41,363 nucleotides of DNA from Anaerolineae bacterium (GTDB lineage: Bacteria > Chloroflexota > Anaerolineae > B4-G1 > DUEL01), in contig JANXAH010000035.1 in NCBI GenBank assembly GCA_025062415.1, forward strand, positions 1-41,363, in the 5' to 3' direction. The notes under the pieces were generated by a model. It searched no databases. It saw only the letters and a program-made list of their open reading frames with translations, and was not told the DNA's origin. Position numbers and translations under genes: made by a program. Positions 15,730 through 24,160 of this stretch are shown here, piece by piece; within the stretch, counting starts at the first letter, position 1, and each line of letters starts with the position of its first letter.

Positions 15730-16710
15730 ATGTACGACCTGATCCGCAGATTGACCGAAGCCTACGGTCCATCGGGTTTTGAAGACAACATCCGCTCGGT
15801 TCTGCGTGCCGAAGTGGAGCCCTTCGCCGACGAAATCCGGGTGACCCCCCTGGGGAGCCTGGTCGCCGTCCGGCGGGGGAGTGGCAACGGGCGCCGTGTT
15901 CTGCTGGCGGCACATATGGACGAAATTGGCGTGATGGTCACCTATGTGGATGAGAAGGGTTTCCTGCGCTTTACCCCCATCGGCGGCGTCTCCCCACTCA
16001 CGTGTGTGGGCGCGCGCGTCCGCTTTGAGAATGGCACCTTAGGGGTCATCGGTGTGGAGAAGCGGGAGGACCCGAACAAACTCCCGACGTTTGAACAACT
16101 GTACATAGACGTGGGGGCGACCGGCCGCGCCGATTGTCCGGTTCGGGTGGGCGACGCGGCGGTTTTTGAGCGGCCCTTCGCCGCCCAGGGGCGACGGCTG
16201 GTCGCCAAAGCGATGGACGACCGCATTGGCTGCGCGGTGCTGGTGGAAACGCTGCGGCGGCTCCGCACGACGCCCCACGAGGTCCACTTCGTCTTCAGCG
16301 TCCAGGAGGAGACGACCCTCTCCGGCGCCCGGACGGCAGCCTATGGGATTGAGCCGGATATGGCCGTCGCCGTGGACGTGACGGGGACGGGGGACACGCC
16401 GGAGAGCCGACCGATGGCAGTGGAACTGGGCAAGGGGCCAGCCATCAAGGTCCAGGACGCGGGGATGATCGCCCACCCGATGGTTCGGGATTGGCTGGTG
16501 CGCGCGGCGGAGGCGGCAGGAGTGCCCTATCAGATGGAGGTCCTGGAGCGGGGAACGACCGATGCCGCAGCCATGCAACTGGTCCGCTCCGGCGTTCCAT
16601 CCGGCTGTCTCTCCATCCCCTGTCGGTACATCCACACTCCCAGCGAGATGGTGGATGGGGACGATGTGGAGATGGCCGTCCGGGTCCTTGTGCAGGCTCT
16701 ACAGATGTGA
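15730..16710 (+). CDS. M42 family aminopeptidase 3
   Basis: AAHMDEIG, KAMDDR, QEE, VDVT, TTDA, YIHTP motifs; AAGGAG RBS. Confidence 0.93.
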   Translation: MYDLIRRLTEAYGPSGFEDNIRSVLRAEVEPFADEIRVTPLGSLVAVRRGSGNGRRVLLAAHMDEIGVMVTYVDEKGFLRFTPIGGVSPLTCVGARVRFENGTLGVIGVEKREDPNKLPTFEQLYIDVGATGRADCPVRVGDAAVFERPFAAQGRRLVAKAMDDRIGCAVLVETLRRLRTTPHEVHFVFSVQEETTLSGARTAAYGIEPDMAVAVDVTGTGDTPESRPMAVELGKGPAIKVQDAGMIAHPMVRDWLVRAAEAAGVPYQMEVLERGTTDAAAMQLVRSGVPSGCLSIPCRYIHTPSEMVDGDDVEMAVRVLVQALQM

Positions 16711-16717
16711 GGCTCCG

Positions 16718-16751
16718 ACGTGCCGGGCACTTCCGGGGTGCCTGGCACGTT
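16718..16751. terminator. REP-like hairpin / terminator between convergent genes
   Basis: ACGTGCCGGGCAC-N7-GTGCCTGGCACGT followed by T residues; same family as 7095-7130. Confidence 0.7.
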
Positions 16752-17492
16752 TTATGTTTTCCACAGGCGGGCCAGTTTCCGGTATTTGACCATCTCGTAG
16801 TAGGCCATCAGCCCCGAAAGCCGCAGCCCGTGCCACCCGTCCCGAATCCCCCGCAGCGTCACAAACCGCCACCAGAAGTGGCGCAGGGCCTGGGTGTATG
16901 GGGTGTAGAAACGAGGGCGGACCCCTTCCTGGAAGAGCACGCGGGCGTCGTAGTCCGTGTACCGCTCCTGTCGGGCGACGAAGTCCGCCAGGTCGTCGTA
17001 GTTGTAGTGGATGAGGGGGCTCTTCAGATAGCCGGTGGGACCGTCCACAATGGCGATCTCGTGAACCGCCCGCTCCCAGCGGGCGAACCCTCGCCGGAAA
17101 AGGCGGAACTGGTAATCCGGATACCATCCGGCGCCCCGCGTCAGCCGGCCGAAGATGTAGTTGTGGCGGGGAACCCACCAGCCGACTTCCGGCCTCTCCT
17201 CCGCCAGGATGGCCCGAATCTCGTCCGCCAGATCCGGTGTGGCCCGTTCGTCGGCGTCCACGAAGAAAATCCAGTCGGCAACAACCTGCTCCAGCGCGGC
17301 GTTGCGCTGCTGGGCGTAGTTCTCAAAGGGGTGCTGAAGGACCTCTGCCCCCAGCGCGCGGGCCAGTTCCACGGTTCGGTCGGTGCTGAAGGAGTCAAAG
17401 ACAATGCGCCGGTCGGCCCACGCGAGGCTCTCCAGACAGGCCACGATATGGGCCTCTTCGTTGTAGGTCAGGACAACCGCAGCCAGGCTCAT
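16752..17492 (-). CDS. Glycosyltransferase family 2 (WaaE/KdtX-like)
   Basis: Start placed at ATG 17492 (ATGA overlap). VLTYNEE, DSFSTDRT, QRNAAL, FVDADE, WYPDYQFRLF, VHE motifs. Confidence 0.9.
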   Translation of the reverse strand: MSLAAVVLTYNEEAHIVACLESLAWADRRIVFDSFSTDRTVELARALGAEVLQHPFENYAQQRNAALEQVVADWIFFVDADERATPDLADEIRAILAEERPEVGWWVPRHNYIFGRLTRGAGWYPDYQFRLFRRGFARWERAVHEIAIVDGPTGYLKSPLIHYNYDDLADFVARQERYTDYDARVLFQEGVRPRFYTPYTQALRHFWWRFVTLRGIRDGWHGLRLSGLMAYYEMVKYRKLARLWKT

Positions 17493-18403
17493 CGCTGTCG
17501 CTCCCAGGCCTGAAGGACTTGTTGAATGGCAGCACGCCACTCTGGAGGGGCGCCCTGCATCCGCCGTCGCAGCCCGACCCGGACCAGGAGACGGGCCAGG
17601 TGAAAGACGGGCCGGGGATGGTGGCGGGCGTAAAGCCGGGCTCGGCTGGTCCAGAGGTTTACAAACGAGGGGATGGGGACCTGGCCCGTAGAACGGCCCG
17701 CGTAGTGGATGACCTGTGCTTGTGGAACGCAGAGGGCCCCCCACCCTGCCCGTCGCATTCGCCAACACCAGTCAATCTCCTCGCAATACAGGCGATATCC
17801 TTCGTCCATCAGGCCGACCCGGTCCACTGCCTCTGTCCGGACCATCATCGCGGCTCCCAGGGGGTGGTCCACCGGGAATGGCCTCTCCCCTTCGTAGAGG
17901 CGACGGGGGTACCGTCCGTTCAGCGGGGTCTCGTAGAGCCGCGGAGGGAGGGGGAAGAGGTCAAAGGCCAGTTGGACCAGGCCGGGAAAGCGGAAGGCCG
18001 AATGCTGGAGGGCGCCGTCGGGATAGAGGAGTTTCGGTCCCGCGACGCCGACGCGCGGGTTCTCCTCCAGGGCCCGAACCAGCGTTGCCGTCGCGCCGGG
18101 GAGGACTTCCGTATCGGGGTTCAGAAGCCAGAGGTAGCGGGGGCGGTCCGGGGAAGGAGCATCCAGCAGGGCGTGCAGGGCCCGGTTGTTCCCAGCCGCA
18201 AAGCCGACGTTCTCCCCCAGCGCCATCAGCCGGACGTCCGGGAACTCCCGGCGGATCATCTCCGAGGTGCCGTCGGCCGAGCCGTTGTCCACCACCCACA
18301 CCGGGGCATCCAGCCCTGAACGTTCCAGGTCTGCCTGCAAACTCTGCAGGCAGGCCCGCAGCAGGTCCCGGACGTTCCAGGTCACGATGATGACGGCGAG
18401 CAT
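17489..18403 (-). CDS. Glycosyltransferase family 2 (WbbL/GT2-like)
   Basis: IIVTWN, VVDNGSADG, NVGFAAGNN, LLNPDT, GAAMMVR, YCEEIDWC motifs. Confidence 0.92.
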   Translation of the reverse strand: MLAVIIVTWNVRDLLRACLQSLQADLERSGLDAPVWVVDNGSADGTSEMIRREFPDVRLMALGENVGFAAGNNRALHALLDAPSPDRPRYLWLLNPDTEVLPGATATLVRALEENPRVGVAGPKLLYPDGALQHSAFRFPGLVQLAFDLFPLPPRLYETPLNGRYPRRLYEGERPFPVDHPLGAAMMVRTEAVDRVGLMDEGYRLYCEEIDWCWRMRRAGWGALCVPQAQVIHYAGRSTGQVPIPSFVNLWTSRARLYARHHPRPVFHLARLLVRVGLRRRMQGAPPEWRAAIQQVLQAWERQR

Positions 18404-18421
18404 CGGTATTGCCTATTGCGC

Positions 18422-18464
18422 ATTCGTGCAATTCGTTTCATTCGTGCAATTTGTGCAATTCGTG
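18422..18464. repeat. 9-bp tandem repeat (ATTCGTGCA), about 4.8 copies
   Basis: ATTCGTGCA ATTCGTTTC ATTCGTGCA ATTTGTGCA ATTCGTG in a divergent intergenic region. Confidence 0.85.
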
Positions 18465-18541
18465 TGATGCGACTCGGCGCCCTTTGCGACCTGCGACATG
18501 ATACCTGTGCCGTACAGATATGACAAGTGGGGAGACAGACG

Positions 18542-19537
18542 ATGGACTACCGACATCTTTTCCTGGGCGTGGACGCGGGGGGAACGCACACCCGCGCGCT
18601 GGTGGCGGACGAGGGGGGCAACATCCGCGGCGCGGGAAGGGCTGGTCCGGGCAACTGGGAGGGCGTTGGGTTGGAGGGAACGCTGGCCGCGCTCCGACAG
18701 GCGGTGGGCGAAGCGCTGGCGATGGCCGGTGCCCGGCCGGAGGATGTGACCGCGTCTGCGTTCGGTCTGGCCGGGCTGGATTGGCCTTCGGACGAGGAGC
18801 GGCTTCGGCCCGTGGTGGAGCAGTTGGGCCTTTCTGGCCCGAAGGTCCTGGTCAACGATACCTTTGTGGCGCTGCGGGCCGGAGCGCGGGACCCCTGGGG
18901 CGTCGTCATCGTCGCCGGGACGGGGACGACGGTCGCCGGACGCAACCGGGAGGGGAAGACGGCGCGCACCCTGGGGCTGGGGTATCCCTTTGACGACTGG
19001 GGGGCCGCTCCGGATGTGGCCCAGGCGGCCTTTCACGCTGTGGCGCGGGCCTACACCGGTCGGGGGCCAGCGACGGCGCTCACCGACCGCCTGGTCCGCC
19101 TGGTGGGTGCGCGGGATGTCGCTGATCTGCTGGAGGGGGTCAGCCGCTGGCGCTACAACCTGTTTCCCCTGGTTGCGGAGATCGTCCGGGCCACCATGGA
19201 GGAGGCTGAAGCGGGCGACGCTGCGGCCTGCCAAGTGGTCCAGCGGGCGGGGCGGGAACTGGGTGGCGGGGCCGTTCTCGTCATCCGACGGCTGGGGATG
19301 GAGCAGGAGACGTTTGACCTGGTCCTTGCAGGTGGGCTGTTTCGGTCCGCCAGCCCGCTCCTTCTGGAAGCGCTGGTGGGAACGGTCCGGGAGGTGGCTC
19401 CGGGAGCGCGGCCGGTTCGGCTGGAGGTGCCCCCGGTGGTGGGGGGCGTCCTGCTGGCGATGGACGCGGCGGGCCTGGAGGCGACCGCGCAGATACGGGA
19501 TCGCCTTCAGCAGGCCTGCGCCCTCTTTCCCGGATGA
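18542..19537 (+). CDS. BadF/BadG/BcrA/BcrD ATPase family N-acetylglucosamine/MurNAc kinase-like protein
   Basis: LGVDAGGTHT, GLAGLD, VND, IVAGTG, GYPFDDWG, LAGGLF motifs; ATG 18542 preferred over GTG 18527. Confidence 0.88.
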   Translation: MDYRHLFLGVDAGGTHTRALVADEGGNIRGAGRAGPGNWEGVGLEGTLAALRQAVGEALAMAGARPEDVTASAFGLAGLDWPSDEERLRPVVEQLGLSGPKVLVNDTFVALRAGARDPWGVVIVAGTGTTVAGRNREGKTARTLGLGYPFDDWGAAPDVAQAAFHAVARAYTGRGPATALTDRLVRLVGARDVADLLEGVSRWRYNLFPLVAEIVRATMEEAEAGDAAACQVVQRAGRELGGGAVLVIRRLGMEQETFDLVLAGGLFRSASPLLLEALVGTVREVAPGARPVRLEVPPVVGGVLLAMDAAGLEATAQIRDRLQQACALFPG

Positions 19538-19543
19538 GGATGC

Positions 19544-19586
19544 GGCGGGGGCGGCGGCCCGCCTGCGGCGGGCCGCCGCCCCCGCC
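19544..19586. repeat. All-GC 20-bp perfect inverted repeat between convergent genes
   Basis: GGCGGGGGCGGCGGCCCGCC-TGC-GGCGGGCCGCCGCCCCCGCC. Confidence 0.8.
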
Positions 19587-19593
19587 ATCGCCC

Positions 19594-20544
19594 TCAGGCC
19601 ACGTCGGCTGTCCCAAAGCGGGTCAGGACCACGGCGCCCAGCCCAACGCAGGTGACCAGCAGGCCGAGGGCCCAGCCGAGACAGGGAACCAGGTCCAGCA
19701 GCCGGAGCAGCAGGGTGATCAGCCCGCCCCCCAGTGCGGCCACCCAGAAGGGCGCGACCGTTCGGGCCGTGAGGGCCGCAACAACGCGCTCCCCCAGCAG
19801 AATGCCCAGGGAGAGCCGTCCGAAGAAGACCGCGACGACCAGCGCCAGGAGGACGGCCACGCCGATGGGAGAAAGGCAGAGGGTCAGAATCAGCACAATC
19901 CCGATGACCGTTGCAGCCAGGAGAGTCAGCAGGCCCATTCCAAAAGACGCCAGAGGGACTTTGACCGCGCTCCGACCGACCCGTGCAGCCCCCTGCGGCC
20001 AGAGCACCACCAGAATCCCTGCCAGGGCTGCCATCAGCAGGGTCTCCAGAGTAACCCGAAGTCCCTGCCAGAAAAGCGCAGTCAGGAATTCCCCGGGACG
20101 GCCGACGGGGAATCCCCTCCAGGGCCAGATGTGCCACTGGCTCCAGGCCCATCCCGTGGTATTGAGGACCTGTTGACCGCGAACGACGGCCCCCTCTTCC
20201 AGTTGGCTCTCCCCACCGAAGACCATCAGGTCTCCGTTGACCCGTGCGGTCTCCGCCAGGTATACATTTCCGCCGAAGGCGACGACGTCTTCTTCTACCT
20301 CACCGGCGATTTCCACGTCGCCCCCCCAGGCAATTACATTCCCTTCTACCCGGCTGTTCTGCTCTATGGTCACATTGCCCCCGAAGACAACCAGGTCCCC
20401 TGCGAGGGACTCTCCGCTCCGGAGCGTGAAGTCCGACCCGAAGACGACTTGTCCTGGCGGTTGACCATCGGTCGCAAGAACTGGCCCGGCAGCGATCATC
20501 AGGGAGAGAACGACAAGCGCAAGAACACGGTACAGGGCTTTCAT
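19594..20544 (-). CDS. Membrane protein with bactofilin-like beta-helix repeats and C-terminal multi-TM domain
   Basis: Signal peptide; repeats GDLVVFGGNV, GNVIAWGGDV, EDVVAFGGNV, GDLMVFGGES; about five C-terminal TM helices. Confidence 0.75.
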   Translation of the reverse strand: MKALYRVLALVVLSLMIAAGPVLATDGQPPGQVVFGSDFTLRSGESLAGDLVVFGGNVTIEQNSRVEGNVIAWGGDVEIAGEVEEDVVAFGGNVYLAETARVNGDLMVFGGESQLEEGAVVRGQQVLNTTGWAWSQWHIWPWRGFPVGRPGEFLTALFWQGLRVTLETLLMAALAGILVVLWPQGAARVGRSAVKVPLASFGMGLLTLLAATVIGIVLILTLCLSPIGVAVLLALVVAVFFGRLSLGILLGERVVAALTARTVAPFWVAALGGGLITLLLRLLDLVPCLGWALGLLVTCVGLGAVVLTRFGTADVA

Positions 20545-20556
20545 AGTTCTTTCTCC

Positions 20557-21435
20557 TTACTGGCTCGTTTCTATTCGCACATTCCCGATCCCGCTGAGCA
20601 GCGTCACGTTCAGCGTGGTGGGAGATGTCCCGTAGGCTTTATTAACGTAGGTGCTCCCGGAGAGTCGCCACTCTGGATCGGCCTGGATGTTGCCCAGGTT
20701 GCCCTCCACCAGGACCCGGGCGCCCACGTCCTGCGGGAAACGGAGTGTGATACTGCCGACTCCGGCCTTGATGTCTATGTCTGCGGATTCCGTCCAGGGG
20801 CCAGCAAAGTCCAGTGTAAGGCTCCCCACCCCACCCTCAACGCTCACCCGGCGGGGCCTGAGGTAACCGATGCCGGTGATCTCTGCGTTCGCCGCGCCTG
20901 CGCGCAGCAGGAACCGCTCCAGGGTGGCTGGGTTGGGACCGGCGGTTCGCACAGTCAGGTCGGAAGCGCCGGTCTCTATGGAGAGGTCAGTCAGAGCCAG
21001 TCCCGTCAGGTCCAGGCGGCCCCGCGCAGCCCCCAGTGTCACCCTCAACCGCAGGGGAACGCGGGGGGCCAGCCGGATTTCCCACTCATTTTCCGCCCCT
21101 GGTTGAGGGACGCCGCGAACGGAGGGCTGTTCAACAGTCAGCCTTCCTGTTTCTCGGACGATCGTTGGAACCCAGGCAGAGACGTTCGTCCGAAATAGGC
21201 CTGAGAAGAGGGTTTCTGGGTCTCCTGGCTCCAGGGTCAGTTCCCCGACGCCTATACGGATGTTCACTGTCGTTTCCGTCGCCGTTTCCAGAGGGATTTC
21301 CTCCCGATATTCCTGCATTGGTCCCGTCTCCAGAGTGGGCACTTCCGGAAGCGGGATGCTGGGCAGGGTGATCGTGCACCCCAGGCTGAGCAGCAACAGG
21401 ACTCCGAGAATCAGAAAAGGTGTCTTCTTCCTCAT
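20557..21435 (-). CDS. Lipoprotein with LiaG/toast-rack-like beta-repeat domain
   Basis: Start placed at ATG 21435 (ATGA overlap, AGGAGG RBS). Lipobox LSLGC; repeats IGVGELTL, GGVGSLTL, AGVGSITL, SGIGNVRI. Confidence 0.78.
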   Translation of the reverse strand: MRKKTPFLILGVLLLLSLGCTITLPSIPLPEVPTLETGPMQEYREEIPLETATETTVNIRIGVGELTLEPGDPETLFSGLFRTNVSAWVPTIVRETGRLTVEQPSVRGVPQPGAENEWEIRLAPRVPLRLRVTLGAARGRLDLTGLALTDLSIETGASDLTVRTAGPNPATLERFLLRAGAANAEITGIGYLRPRRVSVEGGVGSLTLDFAGPWTESADIDIKAGVGSITLRFPQDVGARVLVEGNLGNIQADPEWRLSGSTYVNKAYGTSPTTLNVTLLSGIGNVRIETSQ

Positions 21436-21971
21436 ACCGACCTCCTGATTGGATAGAATCTGCACACCAACGAGAGCCATATCGCAACGAGACCCAGGCC
21501 CAGAACGATTCCACATAGGAGAAGAGGCAAAATCAGAGTTAAGAAAGCAGTGGCACTCAAGCAAAGGGAATTCAGAAACGACCCGAAACCGCTGATCAGA
21601 CGGTCTCCCAGGACCTCCCCTGTGCGCAGAGCTATTCGCAGGGCCCCCGGCAGGCCGGGAAGGATGCCCAAAAAGGGAAGCACTGTAAGCAGCAGGAATG
21701 TCCCCAGTCCTATTGCAAAGGCCAGGCCGCCGAGGATCCGTTGGCGACGGCGATGGCGTTCCAGGCGGGCCAGAACCCGACTTGTCAGCCCAGGCGCAGG
21801 GGAGACCAGAGGCGCCGTCCGAAGAACCCGTTCCACTCTCTGGAGGCGCTCCCAGCGACTGCGGCAAACCCGACAGGTCCTCAGATGTTCCAGCAGAAGG
21901 GGTTGGGCGTCTGGAAGGGCCTCTGCATTCAGCACTTCCATCATCCCGTTCAGGGCTTCCTCGCAGTTCAT
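21432..21971 (-). CDS. Zinc-binding (ZAS/zf-HC2) membrane anti-sigma factor
   Basis: Start ATG 21971 overlaps the sigma factor stop; MNC..HLRTCRVC (HxxxCxxC), APGLTSRVL, then TM helices. Confidence 0.85.
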   Translation of the reverse strand: MNCEEALNGMMEVLNAEALPDAQPLLLEHLRTCRVCRSRWERLQRVERVLRTAPLVSPAPGLTSRVLARLERHRRRQRILGGLAFAIGLGTFLLLTVLPFLGILPGLPGALRIALRTGEVLGDRLISGFGSFLNSLCLSATAFLTLILPLLLCGIVLGLGLVAIWLSLVCRFYPIRRSV

Positions 21972-22510
21972 CGTTCCTCCGCGTCCTGGTCCTTCAGCAT
22001 TTCTGCCAGTGCCAGGCGGGCCCGATAGAGGCGGGATTTCACCGCGCTGACTGTCGTGCCCAGAATCCCGGCAATTTCCTCGCAGGAAAAGTCGTACCAG
22101 TACATCAGCGTGATCACCGCCCGGTCGTCCGGGCTCAGCCGCATCAACATCTGCTGGATGTGTTCCCGCTGTTCCCATGCGGCCACTGCGTCGGTAGGCG
22201 ATGGTGAAGGGCTGTTCTGTGCGATCTCATCGTTCAGGGTGACCTGCGGACGCCGTCGGCGAAGGATATCTACGCAGTAGTGGGCGGCAATAGAGAGCAG
22301 CCAGGTACGAAAAGGACGGGCCGGGTCGTAGCGATGGAGGTACTGAAATGCCCGCAGAAAGGTCTCCTGGGTCGCGTCCTCTGCGTCCATCGTTTCTCCC
22401 AGCATCCGGTACGCCAGGTTGTAGATGGGTGTCTGGTAGAGGCGGACCAGGTGACCGAAGGCTTCCAGGTCTCCTTCCTGAGCCTGCCGAACCCAGCGCT
22501 GTTCGTCCAT
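21968..22510 (-). CDS. ECF sigma-70 factor (SigW-like)
   Basis: GDLEAFGHLV, DAEDATQETFLRA, FRTWLLSIA, EIAGILG..VKSRLYRAR. Confidence 0.93.
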   Translation of the reverse strand: MDEQRWVRQAQEGDLEAFGHLVRLYQTPIYNLAYRMLGETMDAEDATQETFLRAFQYLHRYDPARPFRTWLLSIAAHYCVDILRRRRPQVTLNDEIAQNSPSPSPTDAVAAWEQREHIQQMLMRLSPDDRAVITLMYWYDFSCEEIAGILGTTVSAVKSRLYRARLALAEMLKDQDAEER

Positions 22511-22559
22511 CGGCTTCTCTCAACCTATTCTACGCAGAATGTATCCCAGGGTCGCGAAA

Positions 22560-22589
22560 TTGGCAAACCCCCATATTTGGTGGTATAAT
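22560..22589 (+). promoter_or_regulatory. Sigma70-type promoter for the amrB operon
   Basis: TTGGCA/TGGCAA -35 region and TG-G-TATAAT extended -10 at 22581-22589. Confidence 0.55.
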
Positions 22590-22657
22590 CAAAGAGGGGA
22601 TTTGATATCCTGCGTGAGAAAGCGGGATTAACTGGTTGCGAGTTATAGGGAGGAGAT

Positions 22658-23524
22658 ATGCGTGTCCGAAGACCTGTGGTGGCTGGGCAATTCTACCCGG
22701 CAGACCGTGCCGGGTGTATTCGGATGATTCAGGAGTCTCTCCCGAAGGAGATCCCCTCGGACCTCCCCAGGCCCATTGTTGCCGGCATTGTCCCCCACGC
22801 GGGCTGGGTCTATTCGGGGCCCATCGCGGCGAAGGTCTTTGCGGCGATTCAGGCACAGGGGACTCCGGATACAATTGTGCTGGTGAGCGCTGACCACCGA
22901 TGGGGATCGCCCCTGGCGGCTCTCTATGGGAGCGGGGCCTGGCTGACTCCCCTGGGGGAAGTGCCGGTAGACGAGGAACTGGCACGGGTGGTTCTGGAGG
23001 AGGGAAAGGGCCTGGTAGAGGATGCCCCACAGGCCCACAGCGGCGAGCATTCCGCTGAAGTCCAGGTTCCGTTCATTCAGTACCTCTTTCCCCAGGCCCG
23101 CATTCTCCCGGTTCTGGTTTCTCCCACGGAACGGGCTGTGGCGGTTGGCGAGGCTCTCGCCCGGGCAGTCAAGAGGGCGGGGAAGCCCGTGGTGGTCGTG
23201 GGAACAACCGACCTCACTCACTACGGTGCGATGTTCTATGGATTTGCTCCGGCGGGAACGGGTGAGCGCGCGCTGGCCTGGGCCCGGGCTAATGATGAAA
23301 GGATCATCCGGCTGATGCTGGAGATGCGGGCGGAGGAAGTGGTCTCTGAGACGGAGATACATCACAACGCCTGCGGCGGCGGTGCGATCGCTGCAACCAT
23401 CTCGGCGGCTCGCGCCCTCGGGGCCCGGAAAGGAGTGCTGCTGGAATACACCAACAGTCATTTCATTATGCCGCGCGGCCCGGCGACGGATTTCGTGGGC
23501 TACGCGGCGGTCGTCTTTGGGTAG
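22658..23524 (+). CDS. amrB: AmmeMemoRadiSam system protein B (MEMO1 family)
   Basis: RRPVVAGQFYP, PHAGWVYSG, WLTPLG, EHSAEVQVPF, TDLTHYG, NACG, VGYA. Confidence 0.93.
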   Translation: MRVRRPVVAGQFYPADRAGCIRMIQESLPKEIPSDLPRPIVAGIVPHAGWVYSGPIAAKVFAAIQAQGTPDTIVLVSADHRWGSPLAALYGSGAWLTPLGEVPVDEELARVVLEEGKGLVEDAPQAHSGEHSAEVQVPFIQYLFPQARILPVLVSPTERAVAVGEALARAVKRAGKPVVVVGTTDLTHYGAMFYGFAPAGTGERALAWARANDERIIRLMLEMRAEEVVSETEIHHNACGGGAIAATISAARALGARKGVLLEYTNSHFIMPRGPATDFVGYAAVVFG

Positions 23525-23571
23525 ATACCTTGTGCTTTGAGAGCCACTCACGCTGACCGAGGAGGCCACTT

Positions 23572-24141
23572 ATGCCGCTTTCTCCCGATGACCGCCGGTT
23601 TTTGCTTTCCCTGGCCCGTCGGGCTATCGCCAGTATGTTGGAGAGCGGGGAACTTCCCGAAATAGACCTGAACGCTGTTTCGGAGGACCTGCGCCGTCCG
23701 GGGGCGTCCTTTGTGACCCTGACCATAGGGGGAGAACTGCGGGGATGCATCGGCTCTATAGAGGCCCGTCGTCCTCTTGTGCTGGACGTCCGGGAGAACG
23801 CAATTGCGGCGGCATTTCACGACCCTCGCTTTCCTCCGCTGAGTCGCCAGGAACTGGACCGAACACACATAGAGATTTCCGTGTTGACCCCACCCCAGCC
23901 TCTGGGATATACCGACTACTTAGACCTGTTGACCAAGCTTCGGCCTGGGGTGGATGGAGTTATCATAGAGCGGGGCTGGCATCGGGCGACCTTTCTGCCC
24001 CAGGTTTGGGAGAAGTTGCCTGATCCTCGCGAATTCCTGGCCCACCTTTGCCTGAAGGCGGGCCTTCCTCCCGACGACTACCGCCGACCCGGTTTGCGGG
24101 TGTATACTTATCAGGTGGAGAGTTTTAAAGAAAAGCACTAA
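23572..24141 (+). CDS. amrA: AmmeMemoRadiSam system protein A (AMMECR1 family)
   Basis: ASFVTL, LRGCIG, DPRFPP, EISVL, ATFLPQVW, LCLKAG. Confidence 0.93.
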   Translation: MPLSPDDRRFLLSLARRAIASMLESGELPEIDLNAVSEDLRRPGASFVTLTIGGELRGCIGSIEARRPLVLDVRENAIAAAFHDPRFPPLSRQELDRTHIEISVLTPPQPLGYTDYLDLLTKLRPGVDGVIIERGWHRATFLPQVWEKLPDPREFLAHLCLKAGLPPDDYRRPGLRVYTYQVESFKEKH

Positions 24142-24160
24142 CATAGCGTGTGAGGTGTCT

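Noticed and set aside
18413-21198. Long overlapping ORFs (18413..20152 -, 19534..21198 +; also 30328..32157 +, 36883..38532 -, 38701..40110 -, 3679..5049 +)
   Set aside because: Antisense or off-frame shadows of well-supported genes, expected in high-GC DNA; no recognisable motifs.
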